Origin: Escherichia phage SkaterBoy_Bas90
Reading direction: 5' to 3' (one strand)
Length of the DNA: 64,000 nt
Sequence record: PQ850626.1
Part shown: positions 10,219 through 22,350 of the stretch, in pieces
Position numbering within the stretch: position 1 is the first letter of the stretch
How the letters are laid out: each line of letters opens with the position of its first letter
Notes under the pieces: model-generated
Databases searched by the model: none
The model's input: only the letters and a program-made list of their open reading frames with translations
Told to the model about the DNA's origin: nothing
Program-made: the position numbers and the translations under genes

Positions 10219-13200
10219 ATGGCTAACATTAAACCGTGGGAAGAAGCTTCCAAAGCTCCTGCGTATCTGAATGCCTCTCCGGAGCAACAAGCTCAAATGA
10301 GAGAACAATATAAGGCAGCAGGTGGCTCTATTCCTGAGGAACAACCAGTAGCACAACCACAACAAGAAGAACGTGGTGCTATAGGTGAGTTTGCTCAAGG
10401 TGTGTCAAATGCTCTTCAATCTGGTGGTGCAAATATTGCAGCTAGTGCTGCTAAAGGTATTGGTGGTTTAGTTGAGATTGGTGAGAATCTAGCTGGAGCA
10501 CAAACTAGTTATGGTAAGCGTATCCAAGAGAACTCTCAGAACCTTCTGAAAGAACGTATGGATAAGATTGAGGATGGGATTGGTAAAACTGTTGGTCAGT
10601 ATGCTGGTGTTGCTGGTGATATCGGTTTGACAGTTGCTAACCCATTGGCTGCTGCTGCTATCATCGCAGGTCGTGAGACAGGTCGTGCATATGCAGACCA
10701 AACCCCTGAAGAGGGAGAAGATAAGTCTATTCTAGATGCAGCGTTAGTTGGTGGTGCTAACTATGCGGCTCAGAGAATCCTTCCGGGTGCTGTTGGTACA
10801 GCTGAGTCCACACTTGGACGTATTGGTCAGAACGTTGCTAGTAACGCAGTGGCTGGTGCTAAAGGTGGTGCTCTTGTGGGTGCTGCTGAAGCTCAGAATA
10901 AGCACGGAGATGACACAACATTTGCTAATGTATTAGAAGGTGCTATCGAAGAAGGTGCTATGGGTGCTGCATTCGGTGGTGCAGTTGGTGGGGTTCATGG
11001 TTTGATTAGCCGTCCGGATTCTGCTGTCTTCAAGAATACTCCAGAGTATGCGAAGACTGATATTGCTGCTGATGATGAACTAATTCGTAGTGCTAAGAAT
11101 ATTGATGAACTGAAAGAAGCTTACTCTAAAGCTGAAACTGCTAACGCTGCTTCTGCTCTTAACCTTCTGGATGAGAATGGATTCCGTATTACAGATGCTG
11201 TTGCTGTAGATTCTCCTGCCGCTCAGCGTATTCTTAATACTGACCAAGCTCGTGCTGAGAAAGCTGCTTCCGTTCAGAAAGAACATTCCAACATTCCGGG
11301 CCTCAACCCTTTAGCTTCTCCTGCTAAGACTCGTGGTAAAGCATTCGCTGATAACGAGCACAACCAGAAGCAGGCTGTTGCTATGAAGGATGCAATGGCT
11401 GACTACACCAAAGACAACACGAAAGCTCTTACAGATGTTCTAGATAATCTAGACCGTGAATTAACCTCTCTCCGAGCTTCTGGTGATTTTACTGGTAGTC
11501 CGATTGATATTAAGAACCGTACACAAGCTGACCGTGATTTCATTGATGCTTACAAGACTTTCTACAATGAAGCAAATCGATTCAAAGCTCGTGATGGTGA
11601 AGACTTTAATAACTTTGTAGAGAAAGCTGCTGAACTACAGAAGATGGCTGATAATGTTTCTCCAGAGATGAAGAAAGCTATCGGTGGGTTGAAGAAACTG
11701 AAAGGTATGCCTGAAGGTTTTAATCCTATTCAAGATGCTTACACTCTGAACAATACAGCTAAGTTCATGAGCAATCAAGACCGTGGTTGGACTTCCCTGA
11801 CTGATGATGGATTCCGTGAGGCTTCTTCACCTAGTCTGGTAATGAACACTCTTGGTGCTGCTAAGTATGCTCTGAATCGCTTCTCTTCTCAGCGTGCTCG
11901 CTCTCAACGTGTTAAGCAACAAGAATCTAACAGCGAAGCTATCCGCTCTCTTGCTCGTGGTGATTTGGAAGTTGCTCGTGCTAAATCTACTGCTGATGAA
12001 GCTCGTGCTAAAATGGAAGAAGAACCAGTTGTTGATGACATTAAATTTAAGACGCAAAATGACGTGGAAACCGAACCGGTTCGGGAGCCTTCTTCTAGTA
12101 CTGTGACGGAAGAAAATCTTCCTTCTTCTGCTCCTCAAGAAACTCCTCTTACAGCTCGTGATTTAGTTGCGCAAAGACGCGCTATCCGTCAGGCTGAACA
12201 GCGTCGCGCTGAAGAAGAGGCATTGGCTGCTCAAGAAGCTCCGGTCGAACAAACTCCACAGGCTGAACCTCTCCCTGCTCGTAACCCTCTAGAGGAGCGT
12301 CGTGCAATGGAACAGCAACGTGCTCAAGAAGAGGCCGCACAGGCTCCAGAACCAACCGTAGAGGAACCAACAGTCAAAGCTGAGCCATTACCTGCTCGTG
12401 CTCCTAAAGCTCCTAAGGAAGCTGTACAGGACGTTAAACCGGCAAGTGGTGTAGAGCGTTTAGCTGCTATGTCAAGTGCTGCTCGTCAGGCTACTAAAGA
12501 TCGTGCAGAACGCTTTGCTCGTTCTCTGTACTCTAAGGCTGCTAAAGCTAAAGCTACTGCTGAAAACTTCTTGGCTTATAAAGGTGATCCTAAGGAATTG
12601 ATGCGTCGTATCCGTCAGGAAGACAATGCTATCAACACTGAACGTCATGAAGAAATGGCTCGTAACCAGCTGGCTTCTCAGCAAGGTATTGCTACTGCTA
12701 AGAACAACACTGTACGAACTAATTTTGCTGAATGGGTTAAAGAACGTGGTCTGCCAGAAGATATTGCCACTAAGGCATTACGTGCTGAAGAGAAAGGCTT
12801 AGGTGGGAACGTAACTAACTTAGATAGTCTGAAACGTCGTGCTGAAAGGTTGTATCAGAAGCAGCGTGAGGATGAGTTTGATAGGCTATATCAACAAGCT
12901 CTTGAAGAGAACAAAGCTTTCGATAATAAGAATGCCCCTAAGCTGGTTGACCAGAAGAAAGAGCTTCAGTCTGAGATTGATGCTTTGATTGATTCAGAAC
13001 CTTTACGTCCTGCTCAGAAAGATGCTATGCGTAAGCTGATGAATGACTTTGTAGATGGGAAGTTTAAATCTTCAGAGAAGGCTGGTAGGGAAGAGGCTTT
13101 GGAAGTTGGTCAGATGAAGGATATTTGGGATGGGTTTATTAACACCTACAACAGAGAAGTGAATGCCTTCAACAAAGCTAACAAGAACTCTCAGTACGAA

Positions 13201-14640
13201 GCTGCTGCTAAGCACTTACAGGCTCGTGAAGAACGTCTTGCTACCCTCAGGAAAAAGGCTCAGGCTCGTTCAGATGCTAAGGCTGCTGTTGAGAATGAAC
13301 GTAAAACTCTAGAGGCTATTGCAGCTCAGAAGAGTGAGATTGAGAAGATGATGGAAGGTTTACCTAAACCTGTTCGTGAGGCTCAGGAATCTCGTACATT
13401 GAAACAGTTAGCTGCTCACCATGACAAGAACTCTCCAGTTCCTCCAGAGAAGTTCCGTAGTTACATTGAACGTATCCATAACGCCGAGTCAGATTACCTT
13501 GATCGTCAGCGTCGTTTAACTGATGCAGAGGAAGATGCTCGTCAGGCCAAGTGGAACAAGATGTATGAGCAAGCGGAAGAGATGAACCGTAAGTTTGATG
13601 TGGACAAGAGAGTTAAGCGCAGTGAAGAGCTTAAAGCGGCCCAAGAGCGTGAGAATGACCTTATGGCAGTACAACGTCAACGTGATGACATTCATCGCCG
13701 CCTGATGCGTACTATGGAAGATAAGGGCATATCTAGAGAGGATGCTGAAGCGTTTGCTGGTTCCTATATGGACAACCGTTATGCACTTCTTGAGAAACCT
13801 ATGACTCCTACTGAACATCAGAATGCTCGTTCTCGTATCGAAGCTGATGTTGAGAAGTTCGCTAAGAAGTACGAATCAATGACTCCTATTGAGAAAGAGA
13901 TTGTTAAGGTTACTGGAGATACTGAAGGTAAGCTTGATAACTTGGATGCAGATACTAGGAAGGCTATTGAGGAGGCTCAGAAGGTTGACTCTGATATTAA
14001 GAAACTGCAAGAGGAAGAGTTGGAGATGGAGAAGATTCGTTCTGCTCTGCCTGATGATGAAAGATCTCAAGCAAATTCTGATATCTTGGAAAGCATTAAA
14101 CAACAGGAAGAGGTCTTTGCTGATAAAGTAGAGAAAGCTTTCTTGAGTGGGAAGAGCTTGGATGAGTTGGCTAGTGTGGCTGAAGTTTTAGACAGGGTTC
14201 ATGGTGCAGATAAGGCTGGTAACAACCGTCGCTTTGTACGTGCATTGCAGACTGCTGCTGAAAACAAGAAGAAGTATGGTGATAATCCAGTAGCTTGGTT
14301 TAGTGCTGATGATTACTCTGCCATTGCTAAACTTGGTGCTTCTTCCGCAGGTGGTAACAAATCCAGAGCACTGGAGAAGATCTTTGGTTCTACAGCTGAA
14401 CAGGCTAAGAGTAAGTTGCTTGGTAGGGATGATGTAGCGAAGATGAGACATGTGATTGAAGAGAACCCTGATATTAAGATTCCTTCTTACAAGACAACGA
14501 ATCGTACTGAGTACTTGCAGTTCTTGGAGAAGTTTAATGACGAAGGGAAGCCGAAGATTAAACGTGGCTCATTATCAGAGAAGCTTGAACGCAGTAAGCG
14601 TCAATCGAGACTCCGTGTAAGAGTTCGACCTAAGGAGTGA
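10219..14640 (+). CDS. large internal virion / DNA-ejection-type protein (~1473 aa)
   Basis: Track ORF 10174..14640; ATG at 10219 has an AAAGGAG RBS; Ala/Glu/Lys/Arg-rich predicted coiled coils over >1000 aa; last gene of the + strand block. Confidence 0.5.
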   Translation: MANIKPWEEASKAPAYLNASPEQQAQMREQYKAAGGSIPEEQPVAQPQQEERGAIGEFAQGVSNALQSGGANIAASAAKGIGGLVEIGENLAGAQTSYGKRIQENSQNLLKERMDKIEDGIGKTVGQYAGVAGDIGLTVANPLAAAAIIAGRETGRAYADQTPEEGEDKSILDAALVGGANYAAQRILPGAVGTAESTLGRIGQNVASNAVAGAKGGALVGAAEAQNKHGDDTTFANVLEGAIEEGAMGAAFGGAVGGVHGLISRPDSAVFKNTPEYAKTDIAADDELIRSAKNIDELKEAYSKAETANAASALNLLDENGFRITDAVAVDSPAAQRILNTDQARAEKAASVQKEHSNIPGLNPLASPAKTRGKAFADNEHNQKQAVAMKDAMADYTKDNTKALTDVLDNLDRELTSLRASGDFTGSPIDIKNRTQADRDFIDAYKTFYNEANRFKARDGEDFNNFVEKAAELQKMADNVSPEMKKAIGGLKKLKGMPEGFNPIQDAYTLNNTAKFMSNQDRGWTSLTDDGFREASSPSLVMNTLGAAKYALNRFSSQRARSQRVKQQESNSEAIRSLARGDLEVARAKSTADEARAKMEEEPVVDDIKFKTQNDVETEPVREPSSSTVTEENLPSSAPQETPLTARDLVAQRRAIRQAEQRRAEEEALAAQEAPVEQTPQAEPLPARNPLEERRAMEQQRAQEEAAQAPEPTVEEPTVKAEPLPARAPKAPKEAVQDVKPASGVERLAAMSSAARQATKDRAERFARSLYSKAAKAKATAENFLAYKGDPKELMRRIRQEDNAINTERHEEMARNQLASQQGIATAKNNTVRTNFAEWVKERGLPEDIATKALRAEEKGLGGNVTNLDSLKRRAERLYQKQREDEFDRLYQQALEENKAFDNKNAPKLVDQKKELQSEIDALIDSEPLRPAQKDAMRKLMNDFVDGKFKSSEKAGREEALEVGQMKDIWDGFINTYNREVNAFNKANKNSQYEAAAKHLQAREERLATLRKKAQARSDAKAAVENERKTLEAIAAQKSEIEKMMEGLPKPVREAQESRTLKQLAAHHDKNSPVPPEKFRSYIERIHNAESDYLDRQRRLTDAEEDARQAKWNKMYEQAEEMNRKFDVDKRVKRSEELKAAQERENDLMAVQRQRDDIHRRLMRTMEDKGISREDAEAFAGSYMDNRYALLEKPMTPTEHQNARSRIEADVEKFAKKYESMTPIEKEIVKVTGDTEGKLDNLDADTRKAIEEAQKVDSDIKKLQEEELEMEKIRSALPDDERSQANSDILESIKQQEEVFADKVEKAFLSGKSLDELASVAEVLDRVHGADKAGNNRRFVRALQTAAENKKKYGDNPVAWFSADDYSAIAKLGASSAGGNKSRALEKIFGSTAEQAKSKLLGRDDVAKMRHVIEENPDIKIPSYKTTNRTEYLQFLEKFNDEGKPKIKRGSLSEKLERSKRQSRLRVRVRPKE

Positions 14641-14648
14641 TAAAAGAA

Positions 14649-14685
14649 AAGCCCCAACCGAAAGGAAGGGGCTTTATTTGTTTCT
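14649..14685 (+). terminator. rho-independent terminator at the convergent end of the late block
   Basis: AAGCCCC...GGGGCTT hairpin followed by TATTTGTTTC right after the stop at 14640. Confidence 0.55.
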
Positions 14686-14999
14686 AAGTTTTAAAAACCA
14701 TCAAATTCGTCATACATCCCAATTCTCTTCAGAAGTCTGGATGTTCATCTTCAAAGCATCCTGAGATGCCTCCGTAGAACCAATCTGATTTATTGCCAAG
14801 AATGACAACTTCTTCATTCATATACCCTCCTAGATTGTGTTTATAAAATTAGTAAGTTTCTCTTCACTTTCATCAAAAGCTTTTCCAGCTGCTTCCATCT
14901 CCCAAGTATCGGCATTGTCAATAAAGCTCTGAGCTTCTAATAGGTCGTGGATTAAGTCGAAGAGTTTATTTTTATCTGCTTGTGTGATCATGTCAGTTC

Positions 15000-15260
15000 C
15001 TAGATTAAATCGTAATACTGAATAATATCTGAGAGCTTGAACTCTCGAATCTCGTCTTTCTCTACATCAATTGCTGTCATAATCCAACAAGGTTTGCCAC
15101 CGTTATGAAAACGGGAGCTAGCAACGGAGGTTCGGAGTGGAATAACGGACCGGTCAGCAACCTCGCCTCTCCAATTGCGATAGCGAAAGCGAAGCACTTG
15201 TTGCGTAGATTTTTGATCATCACTCATTTCCTTTTTTGAATTGTTTTCTTGCATCATTCT
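15000..15260 (-). CDS. hypothetical protein (N-terminus uncertain; overlaps the HNH gene in another frame)
   Basis: Track ORF 15000..15368; internal ATG at 15260 chosen; no recognisable motif. Confidence 0.3.
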   Translation of the reverse strand, partial: RMMQENNSKKEMSDDQKSTQQVLRFRYRNWRGEVADRSVIPLRTSVASSRFHNGGKPCWIMTAIDVEKDEIREFKLSDIIQYYDLI

Positions 15261-15621
15261 CTTCTTTTGTTTTAATCTTATGACAAGGGTCTTTACACAG
15301 AACCTGAAAACCTTCTTTCTCACACAGAGCACGAGAGATGATCTCATCCCAAGTGGCTTCATGGTCAAGAGGAACTATAGGCTCTATGTGGTCAATAGCC
15401 ATATCCTTTACAGGGTGGTCAGAACCACACATGGCACACTTAAAGTGCATTGCCAGTCTGCCTGTCTTTGGATTAATCTTCTGCTCTGTCTTGGCGTCTG
15501 CTAGTGCATCGAACATGGGCTTCCATTTTCTAGTCAGAGAACGAATCCCTGACTTGATGAAAGAGTTGTAACGAGCTTCAGTCCACATTCCACTACAGCG
15601 AGTCTTCTCAGACTTCGCCAT
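15220..15621 (-). CDS. HNH homing-type endonuclease
   Basis: CxxC ... DHIEP ... N ... CKDPCHKIKT arrangement typical of the HNH motif. Confidence 0.6.
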   Translation of the reverse strand: MAKSEKTRCSGMWTEARYNSFIKSGIRSLTRKWKPMFDALADAKTEQKINPKTGRLAMHFKCAMCGSDHPVKDMAIDHIEPIVPLDHEATWDEIISRALCEKEGFQVLCKDPCHKIKTKEENDARKQFKKGNE

Positions 15622-15800
15622 AATCAGCTTCTTCCCAAACTCGTTTGTTTACACGATGACTCACTTTGCCCTCACGAGGAATACGACCAGTTCGCTGATC
15701 AAACAGTTGATGTTTAATCTTTTGATCTTTACGAGATTCACGATTGGATGAGTTTTCATCATATGAACGATAATCAAATTTACCCATTATAATATCCTTA

Positions 15801-16628
15801 TTACCAAGATTTATCTAACCATGTCCAGTCGAACAGGTCTTCCGGAGCCTGACCAACAAAGAGCAGCCGAGCATTCTCAAGCATCTTCTCTTCATCTTCA
15901 GTATCGAACTTCTTATAGTATTCCATTCGTACTATATGATACATGGTCCACTTATCTGTAACACCAGCCAACAATTTAGCTGCTGCCTTCTTCCCTATTC
16001 CTTGACGTCGAAGCTGAAGCTTACCGCCCCACATAACTTCTTTACGTTCCCCACATCCGGGGATATTATCCGTACCATCTCCAATCAACATTTGATAGAA
16101 GAAGTTTTGCCATGAGACTAAATCGGATACATAGTGAGGAGGAACTTCTTTCTGTCTTTCTCCACAAGCCCAGCGATAATGCCATCCGGGAGTTATCAAC
16201 AAATCCTTGTCTCTAGTACAGATGATAGTATTCTTATCCCTACGTTGTCTTTCAGCTAGTGCATCATCAGCTTCTCTCCCAAAGACCTCAATGTATTCGT
16301 ACTTGGCTTTAATGTAATCACCAACGTTTTGCCAGTGAAAAGGTCTTTCTCCGGGAGGTCTGTTTGCCTTGTAATCTTGCTGCTTAGCAACATCAAAACG
16401 GAAGTTACCACCTTCGCTGAAGTAGAACACAACCTTACTGCAACCTGAGCGAGCAATGATTGTATCTATCTTGTACTGAAGTCGTTCAATCATGAAATTG
16501 TAATCAACTGGAACACGTCCTGTGTCAAGAAAGGGATGCTCCTGAGTAAGAGCACCCACTTCATATCGAAGAACGTCAGCATCCACTATAGCAACTTCAG
16601 GGAGCTTAACTTCTTCCATAAATATCAT
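15801..16628 (-). CDS. 5'-3' exonuclease / flap endonuclease (T7 gene 6 / RNase H-like)
   Basis: GREADD and GDGTDNIPG motifs characteristic of FEN-family nucleases; start uncertain (track start 16643 is TTG; ATGs at 16628 and 16619). Confidence 0.6.
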   Translation of the reverse strand: MIFMEEVKLPEVAIVDADVLRYEVGALTQEHPFLDTGRVPVDYNFMIERLQYKIDTIIARSGCSKVVFYFSEGGNFRFDVAKQQDYKANRPPGERPFHWQNVGDYIKAKYEYIEVFGREADDALAERQRRDKNTIICTRDKDLLITPGWHYRWACGERQKEVPPHYVSDLVSWQNFFYQMLIGDGTDNIPGCGERKEVMWGGKLQLRRQGIGKKAAAKLLAGVTDKWTMYHIVRMEYYKKFDTEDEEKMLENARLLFVGQAPEDLFDWTWLDKSW

Positions 16629-17495
16629 CCTGAGCTTGAGCAATAATCCAATCTAGATCTGAGACTGCTGATTCGATGGTTGAGTCATTAAACAGTAGAT
16701 ATGTTTTTCTCTGTTCGCCTTCAATATATGAACGAGAGTCTCCATCAAAAGAGCAACCATCTCTAAGAACTTGGACAACTTGGACATGGAAATTCTTTTC
16801 TAGTTCTCGTACCTCTGCATCAAAACCTCCGTCAGTAAACACGACAATATCATCCTGACCTAGCCCTTCTTGTTTGATACTTTTTACAGCAAGATTCCCC
16901 ATATGATTGTTGCCAAACATAGGTTTTAAGAAGTCTTCACTTGTAGAAATCATCAAATCTCTTACAGACTTCCCTCCCCATTCTGGTCTAGGTTTTTCTT
17001 TCCATTCACGATCTTCATAGCGTGCTAGAAAATTTTCTAGAGGTATTCCTAGTGCAGCAGCAGCTACTCTGTACATTGGCTCCTTGAAGGATTTGGTTGA
17101 ATATCCGTGGTGGTATGAATGGGCATTGACCCAAGCATTGGCTATCGTATCTTTACCACAACCCGGAGGCCCATTAAGAATTACTACTAAAGGCTTATAG
17201 TGGGAATCTCCCACCATATTGGTCAGTGCTGGATTGCCTTGAGATTCCATTTCTAATTGCTCCGTGTGGTCATGTGAGTAATCTACTGGAGAAGTTTTGT
17301 TACCAGTAACTTTAGGTAAAATCGCTCTAGTTGTTTCTACGTACCTACCGCCATCAACATTGATTTGAAACTCTACAAGTTCATTCTGTAATTCATACCC
17401 TGATAAGTTGGATAGCTCCTCCAACTCATCTCTGACGAAATTTAAATGTTTGATTTTAATTGCAAGAGCTTTCTTTAAAGCTTTTACCTCTTCAT

Positions 17496-17505
<10 letters not shown>
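16606..17505 (-). CDS. P-loop NTPase / kinase-like protein
   Basis: Walker A GPPGCGKDT; N-terminal coiled coil; exact family not determinable by eye. Confidence 0.45.
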
Positions 17506-18991
<1,486 letters not shown>

Positions 18992-18992
<1 letters not shown>

Positions 18993-19252
18993 TATTCTAT
19001 TCCACGCTCTTTCAGAGCTTCTAACAATCCATTGTGATTAGCAGCACATTCTGTGTACTGGTCCTGATACCACTCCAACGTAGTGGCTAGTGCTTTTCCT
19101 TGAGCACTTTCTAAAAGAGGTAGGTCAACCCTACATTCAGCTTTTAGGTTTGTTGGTAAGGGCATTGATTGCCTGCTGTTGTCGCTCGTTGAACAAGCTG
19201 ACATACTCATCACTAGCGCAGACATTATAAAAAACTGGTTTAGTTTTCTCAT
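18992..19252 (-). CDS. o-spanin-like outer-membrane lipoprotein (overlaps the i-spanin gene out of frame)
   Basis: From ATG 19252: signal peptide MRKLNQFFIMSALVMSMSAC with a lipobox-like Cys, short periplasmic domain with Cys and Pro; starts inside the upstream gene in the +1 frame, the Rz/Rz1 overlapped architecture. Confidence 0.5.
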
Positions 19253-19487
19253 AATGCATCTCTTTATAAACGGTTTCCGTGTTCTTCTTCCAGTTAGATA
19301 AACCGGTAAGAACTCTCTGAGCAACTTCATCAGCTGCTCTACTTCTTTCAATCTCTAATTCTTGCTGGTGCTTCTCTTTGTCCAGATTACTGCTGTCTGT
19401 TTGATATTCGTTAAACTTCATACCACCAAAGAATACAAGAGCTGAGAAAACGATAAACCCTAAGTTATCACTTAATGTGTTTTGCAT
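19137..19487 (-). CDS. i-spanin-like protein (N-terminal TM segment plus periplasmic coiled coil)
   Basis: From ATG 19487 (GGAGA RBS): MQNTLSDNLGFIVFSALVFFGG transmembrane segment then a charged helical domain; the first ATG of track ORF 19137..19511 lies inside the upstream terminator. Confidence 0.5.
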   Translation of the reverse strand: MQNTLSDNLGFIVFSALVFFGGMKFNEYQTDSSNLDKEKHQQELEIERSRAADEVAQRVLTGLSNWKKNTETVYKEMHYEKTKPVFYNVCASDEYVSLFNERQQQAINALTNKPKS

Positions 19488-19499
19488 GTTGTCTCCAAC

Positions 19500-19525
19500 G
19501 AAAAAAGCCACCCGGAGGTGGCTAA
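19500..19525 (-). terminator. rho-independent terminator after the SSB gene
   Basis: On the - strand TAGCCACCTCCGGGTGGCTTTTTTCG: GC hairpin plus T6. Confidence 0.6.
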
Positions 19526-19544
19526 GCTATAACAAGGAGAGTTA

Positions 19545-20291
19545 TTAGAATGGGCTATCGTTGTCGTCTTCGTAAGTAGAAGCAGGCTCTTTATCAATCG
19601 TAGGGATTGAAGGAGTAGCTTCTTTCTGCTCTGTTTCAGAAGCACGAGTAATTTCACGACCAGCCAGAGGCATGTTCTTAGCGTCATTAGCTTGAGTAAG
19701 CAGGTTGCGCTGGAACGGGAACATCAGTTGGTAGGATGCTACGTTCTCGTCGGTTTCAGCATATGGTTCGAAGAATACCAGAGGACTACGAGCTTCACCA
19801 ACTGCTGCACGATATTTGGTTGGGATTGGAGAAATGGTCTTGATGGAGTTTTTAACTTCACCAGCTTTGTTAGTATAAGAGTTAACCAGAATGTTAACAG
19901 GCTGACCTAACAGAACATCCTTGAACCAAGATAGATCACCTTTCAGTGCTTGAATACTTGGGTCAATCATCTTGCAAAGATCAAGAATACCAGAGTTCTT
20001 AGCTCGTGGGTTTACATCATAGCTCTTGAACTGGCAAGCTGGACGTGGTTCTAATGCCTTACCATCGGAATCTTTACCAGTAGCATCAACACCAATCAGC
20101 TCGAAAGCTAAATCCATACGGAAAGCCGGATTCTTAGGAGTCACTGCTTTGGTCTTCGGGTCAATCCAAGGGTCACGATTGTGAACACCCAAACCTACTA
20201 CACGAACGATACGTGCTTCGTACTCACCATCAGGGATTACATCGTAGTTGGATTTACGGGAAGCGGTTGCGATAGTTGGAATCATAGACAT
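19545..20291 (-). CDS. single-stranded DNA-binding protein (T7 gp2.5-like)
   Basis: Acidic C-terminal tail ending in Phe (...TYEDDNDSPF), the hallmark of gp2.5-type SSBs; position beside replication genes. Confidence 0.45.
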   Translation of the reverse strand: MSMIPTIATASRKSNYDVIPDGEYEARIVRVVGLGVHNRDPWIDPKTKAVTPKNPAFRMDLAFELIGVDATGKDSDGKALEPRPACQFKSYDVNPRAKNSGILDLCKMIDPSIQALKGDLSWFKDVLLGQPVNILVNSYTNKAGEVKNSIKTISPIPTKYRAAVGEARSPLVFFEPYAETDENVASYQLMFPFQRNLLTQANDAKNMPLAGREITRASETEQKEATPSIPTIDKEPASTYEDDNDSPF

Positions 20292-20350
20292 ATTTTAATT
20301 TCCTTATTTAATTTGAAAGATTGTTGCTCTCTTTGAGCGGTTATGTATAG

Positions 20351-20359
20351 TATACATTA
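20351..20359 (-). promoter_or_regulatory. TAATGTATA motif on the - strand, about 60 nt upstream of the SSB gene
   Basis: Plus strand reads TATACATTA; lies in a 415-bp AT-rich intergenic region. Confidence 0.4.
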
Positions 20360-20422
20360 CGCTTATACCGATAAGAGTACTATATAATATAAGTATCTTT
20401 GGTAGTAGATATATCACACTAG

Positions 20423-20431
20423 TAATGTATA
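20423..20431 (+). promoter_or_regulatory. TAATGTATA motif on the + strand in the same intergenic region
   Basis: Exact TAATGTATA; it points into - strand genes, so it may drive antisense transcription or be non-functional. Confidence 0.25.
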
Positions 20432-20707
20432 TATTGTATAGCTGATAAAGTTATTGCAGGCTTGTATATTGGGCAATTCACAGAATCCCTTGCAAGTACC
20501 GAAGGGCAGGAGCCACCTGCGAGATAAAAATAGAGAATTAAGGAATCCTTGATTTAGGTTGTAGGGACTCCTAGGGACTTTGATTCTCTATTTAAAAGAA
20601 TATTAATTACTTATTACCTAAATAATTAACTAACTTACTTAAACCAAATTCAAGAATAATAGATAAAAAGATTATTCCTAAGAAAGCTAAAAAGTAAAGA
20701 ATATAAG

Positions 20708-20872
20708 TTACCATTCAAGTAAACCTTTAAAATTAGATTTTTCTACTATCCTCTGATAACGAAGATTAGAATCAGCTTGTTTCTTTAACATCTCATTATA
20801 TTGATCTCTAATAGAGTCTTTATAAACTACAGGTTCTTTAAATAATGAGATCTTGTTCTTTTCTTCTTTCAT
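20708..20872 (-). CDS. hypothetical small protein
   Basis: Track ORF 20708..20956 trimmed to the internal ATG at 20872 (MKEEKNK...). Confidence 0.3.
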   Translation of the reverse strand: MKEEKNKISLFKEPVVYKDSIRDQYNEMLKKQADSNLRYQRIVEKSNFKGLLEW

Positions 20873-21341
20873 CAAAGACCTTCCTAATCTCTTGCAGAGA
20901 AACAGCTTTATAGTCAATTTGCTCCATTGATGTACAGAAATATCTCCAATCATCAATTACATGGTTGTGTGTATGAGCATAAATGTTAAACTTTCCTCTC
21001 ATCTCATCAGTGTGAATAGGAATATGAGTTACCCAAAACTCTTTATATTTATAATCACCAGAGATTCTACGGAAGACTTTCATCATATCATGGAGAAGTT
21101 CTAACCTGTCATGGTTTCCTAAGACTAGATGCTTCTCTCCTCTTACTTCAGCGATGATATCAAGGGCATACTTTTCAAACACCCAATCACCGGTAAAGAA
21201 GATTTTATCACGCTTAGTTACATGATCAAATGCAGCTAGGATTGCTTTGTCGTGTTCTTCGATGGTTTTAAATTGCTTACGAAAACTACAGATGTTGCGA
21301 TGGCCTAAGTGACCATCCCCTGCAAAATAAACTTCAGCCAT
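20838..21341 (-). CDS. calcineurin-like metallophosphoesterase (Ser/Thr phosphatase-like)
   Basis: GDGHLGH, GDWVFEKY and GNHD motifs of the metallophosphoesterase fold. Confidence 0.6.
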   Translation of the reverse strand: MAEVYFAGDGHLGHRNICSFRKQFKTIEEHDKAILAAFDHVTKRDKIFFTGDWVFEKYALDIIAEVRGEKHLVLGNHDRLELLHDMMKVFRRISGDYKYKEFWVTHIPIHTDEMRGKFNIYAHTHNHVIDDWRYFCTSMEQIDYKAVSLQEIRKVFDERRKEQDLII

Positions 21342-21350
21342 AAAGACCTC

Positions 21351-21566
21351 TTAGATAGTACACCCATCACAAGTTAAGTCACCTAGCAGGGACAGGGAAA
21401 GTAATCTGGATTGCTCATCGCTGTATAGTTGATCAATCTCTTCTTTAAGTTTTGCCAACTCCATAAAGTTAATGAGCTGACCATGTTCGAGGCAGTCTGT
21501 TTTTAGTACGAACAAAACTTCAGCGTTGGTTGAGTCTTCACTTGAGTATTTATCAATGTATTCCAT
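21351..21566 (-). CDS. hypothetical protein
   Basis: 71-aa ORF packed tightly against its neighbours. Confidence 0.3.
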   Translation of the reverse strand: MEYIDKYSSEDSTNAEVLFVLKTDCLEHGQLINFMELAKLKEEIDQLYSDEQSRLLSLSLLGDLTCDGCTI

Positions 21567-21568
21567 TT

Positions 21569-21811
21569 TTATGCCACATCTCCTTGTTTGTTGTTAATAA
21601 CATCCAGTGCTGTATAAGCTTTACCTGTTCCTAAGTATTCCAAAACTGGAGGACTCTTCTTTTCTTCAGCGACTACATAAGGTGTGATCTTCCCTTTCAG
21701 TACAGCCTGAGATGCTTTAGCACTGTCTTCAGAGGTATGAATAGTAGTAAGCCCTTTCTTTCCAATTCTATAAGTGTGAACCCAAATCATTCTTCTTCCC
21801 CATATTCCCAA
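21569..21811 (-). CDS. hypothetical protein
   Basis: 80-aa ORF packed tightly against its neighbours. Confidence 0.3.
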   Translation of the reverse strand: MGIWGRRMIWVHTYRIGKKGLTTIHTSEDSAKASQAVLKGKITPYVVAEEKKSPPVLEYLGTGKAYTALDVINNKQGDVA

Positions 21812-21950
21812 TTTCTTTCATAATATCCAGAGTTATAGTTTAGGGCGCACTTCTCGGCCTCTTCTATGTCGTCGGTGTTTAGGATATTCACCCACCCTCC
21901 AGCTTCATCAAAACCTTCTTCTTCCTCGTTAATCCATACACTATATTTCT

Positions 21951-22343
21951 TCATCGAATCACCAAAGGCTCTTCAGAGTACACAGGAGCGGCTATTTCTA
22001 CAGGAGGTGCTGCCCTAAGGTCATTAAGTCTTACGCCCTTCAGCATACCGTCTAGGTGGTCCTTTTTGGGGATTCCAACAGGGAAGTCATCAATCCAGAT
22101 ATCGACGAAGAAACCTAACTGTCGACACACCTCATCCTTCTGCACACCATTACAAAAGATGATAGGAATCTGCAAACACTCTGCATCAATCTTAATGTCA
22201 TAATTATCATACCCATTAGGCTCTGCAAAGCGATAAGTTACAAAGCGTACATCGTAGCCCTTTTCTTGCATTAATGCCACCACAGAGCGCCACAGCTTTT
22301 TATCTGAGGTGTAAGTGTCATCGTAATCTAAACCAATATTCAT
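21951..22343 (-). CDS. HAD-like phosphatase (candidate nucleotidase or polynucleotide 3'-phosphatase)
   Basis: From ATG 22343 (AAAGGA RBS) the protein begins MNIGLDYDDTYT, i.e. the HAD motif I DxDxT at the N-terminus. Confidence 0.4.
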   Translation of the reverse strand: MNIGLDYDDTYTSDKKLWRSVVALMQEKGYDVRFVTYRFAEPNGYDNYDIKIDAECLQIPIIFCNGVQKDEVCRQLGFFVDIWIDDFPVGIPKKDHLDGMLKGVRLNDLRAAPPVEIAAPVYSEEPLVIR

Positions 22344-22350
22344 GTCAAAT

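Noticed and set aside
326-14451. Numerous 60-160-aa ORFs on the - strand or in alternative frames inside the long + strand virion genes (for example 326..541, 2236..2421, 9306..9791, 11827..12138, 13516..13818)
   Set aside because: Fully embedded antisense or out-of-frame ORFs within well-supported long CDSs, with low-complexity translations and no RBS; interpreted as shadow ORFs.
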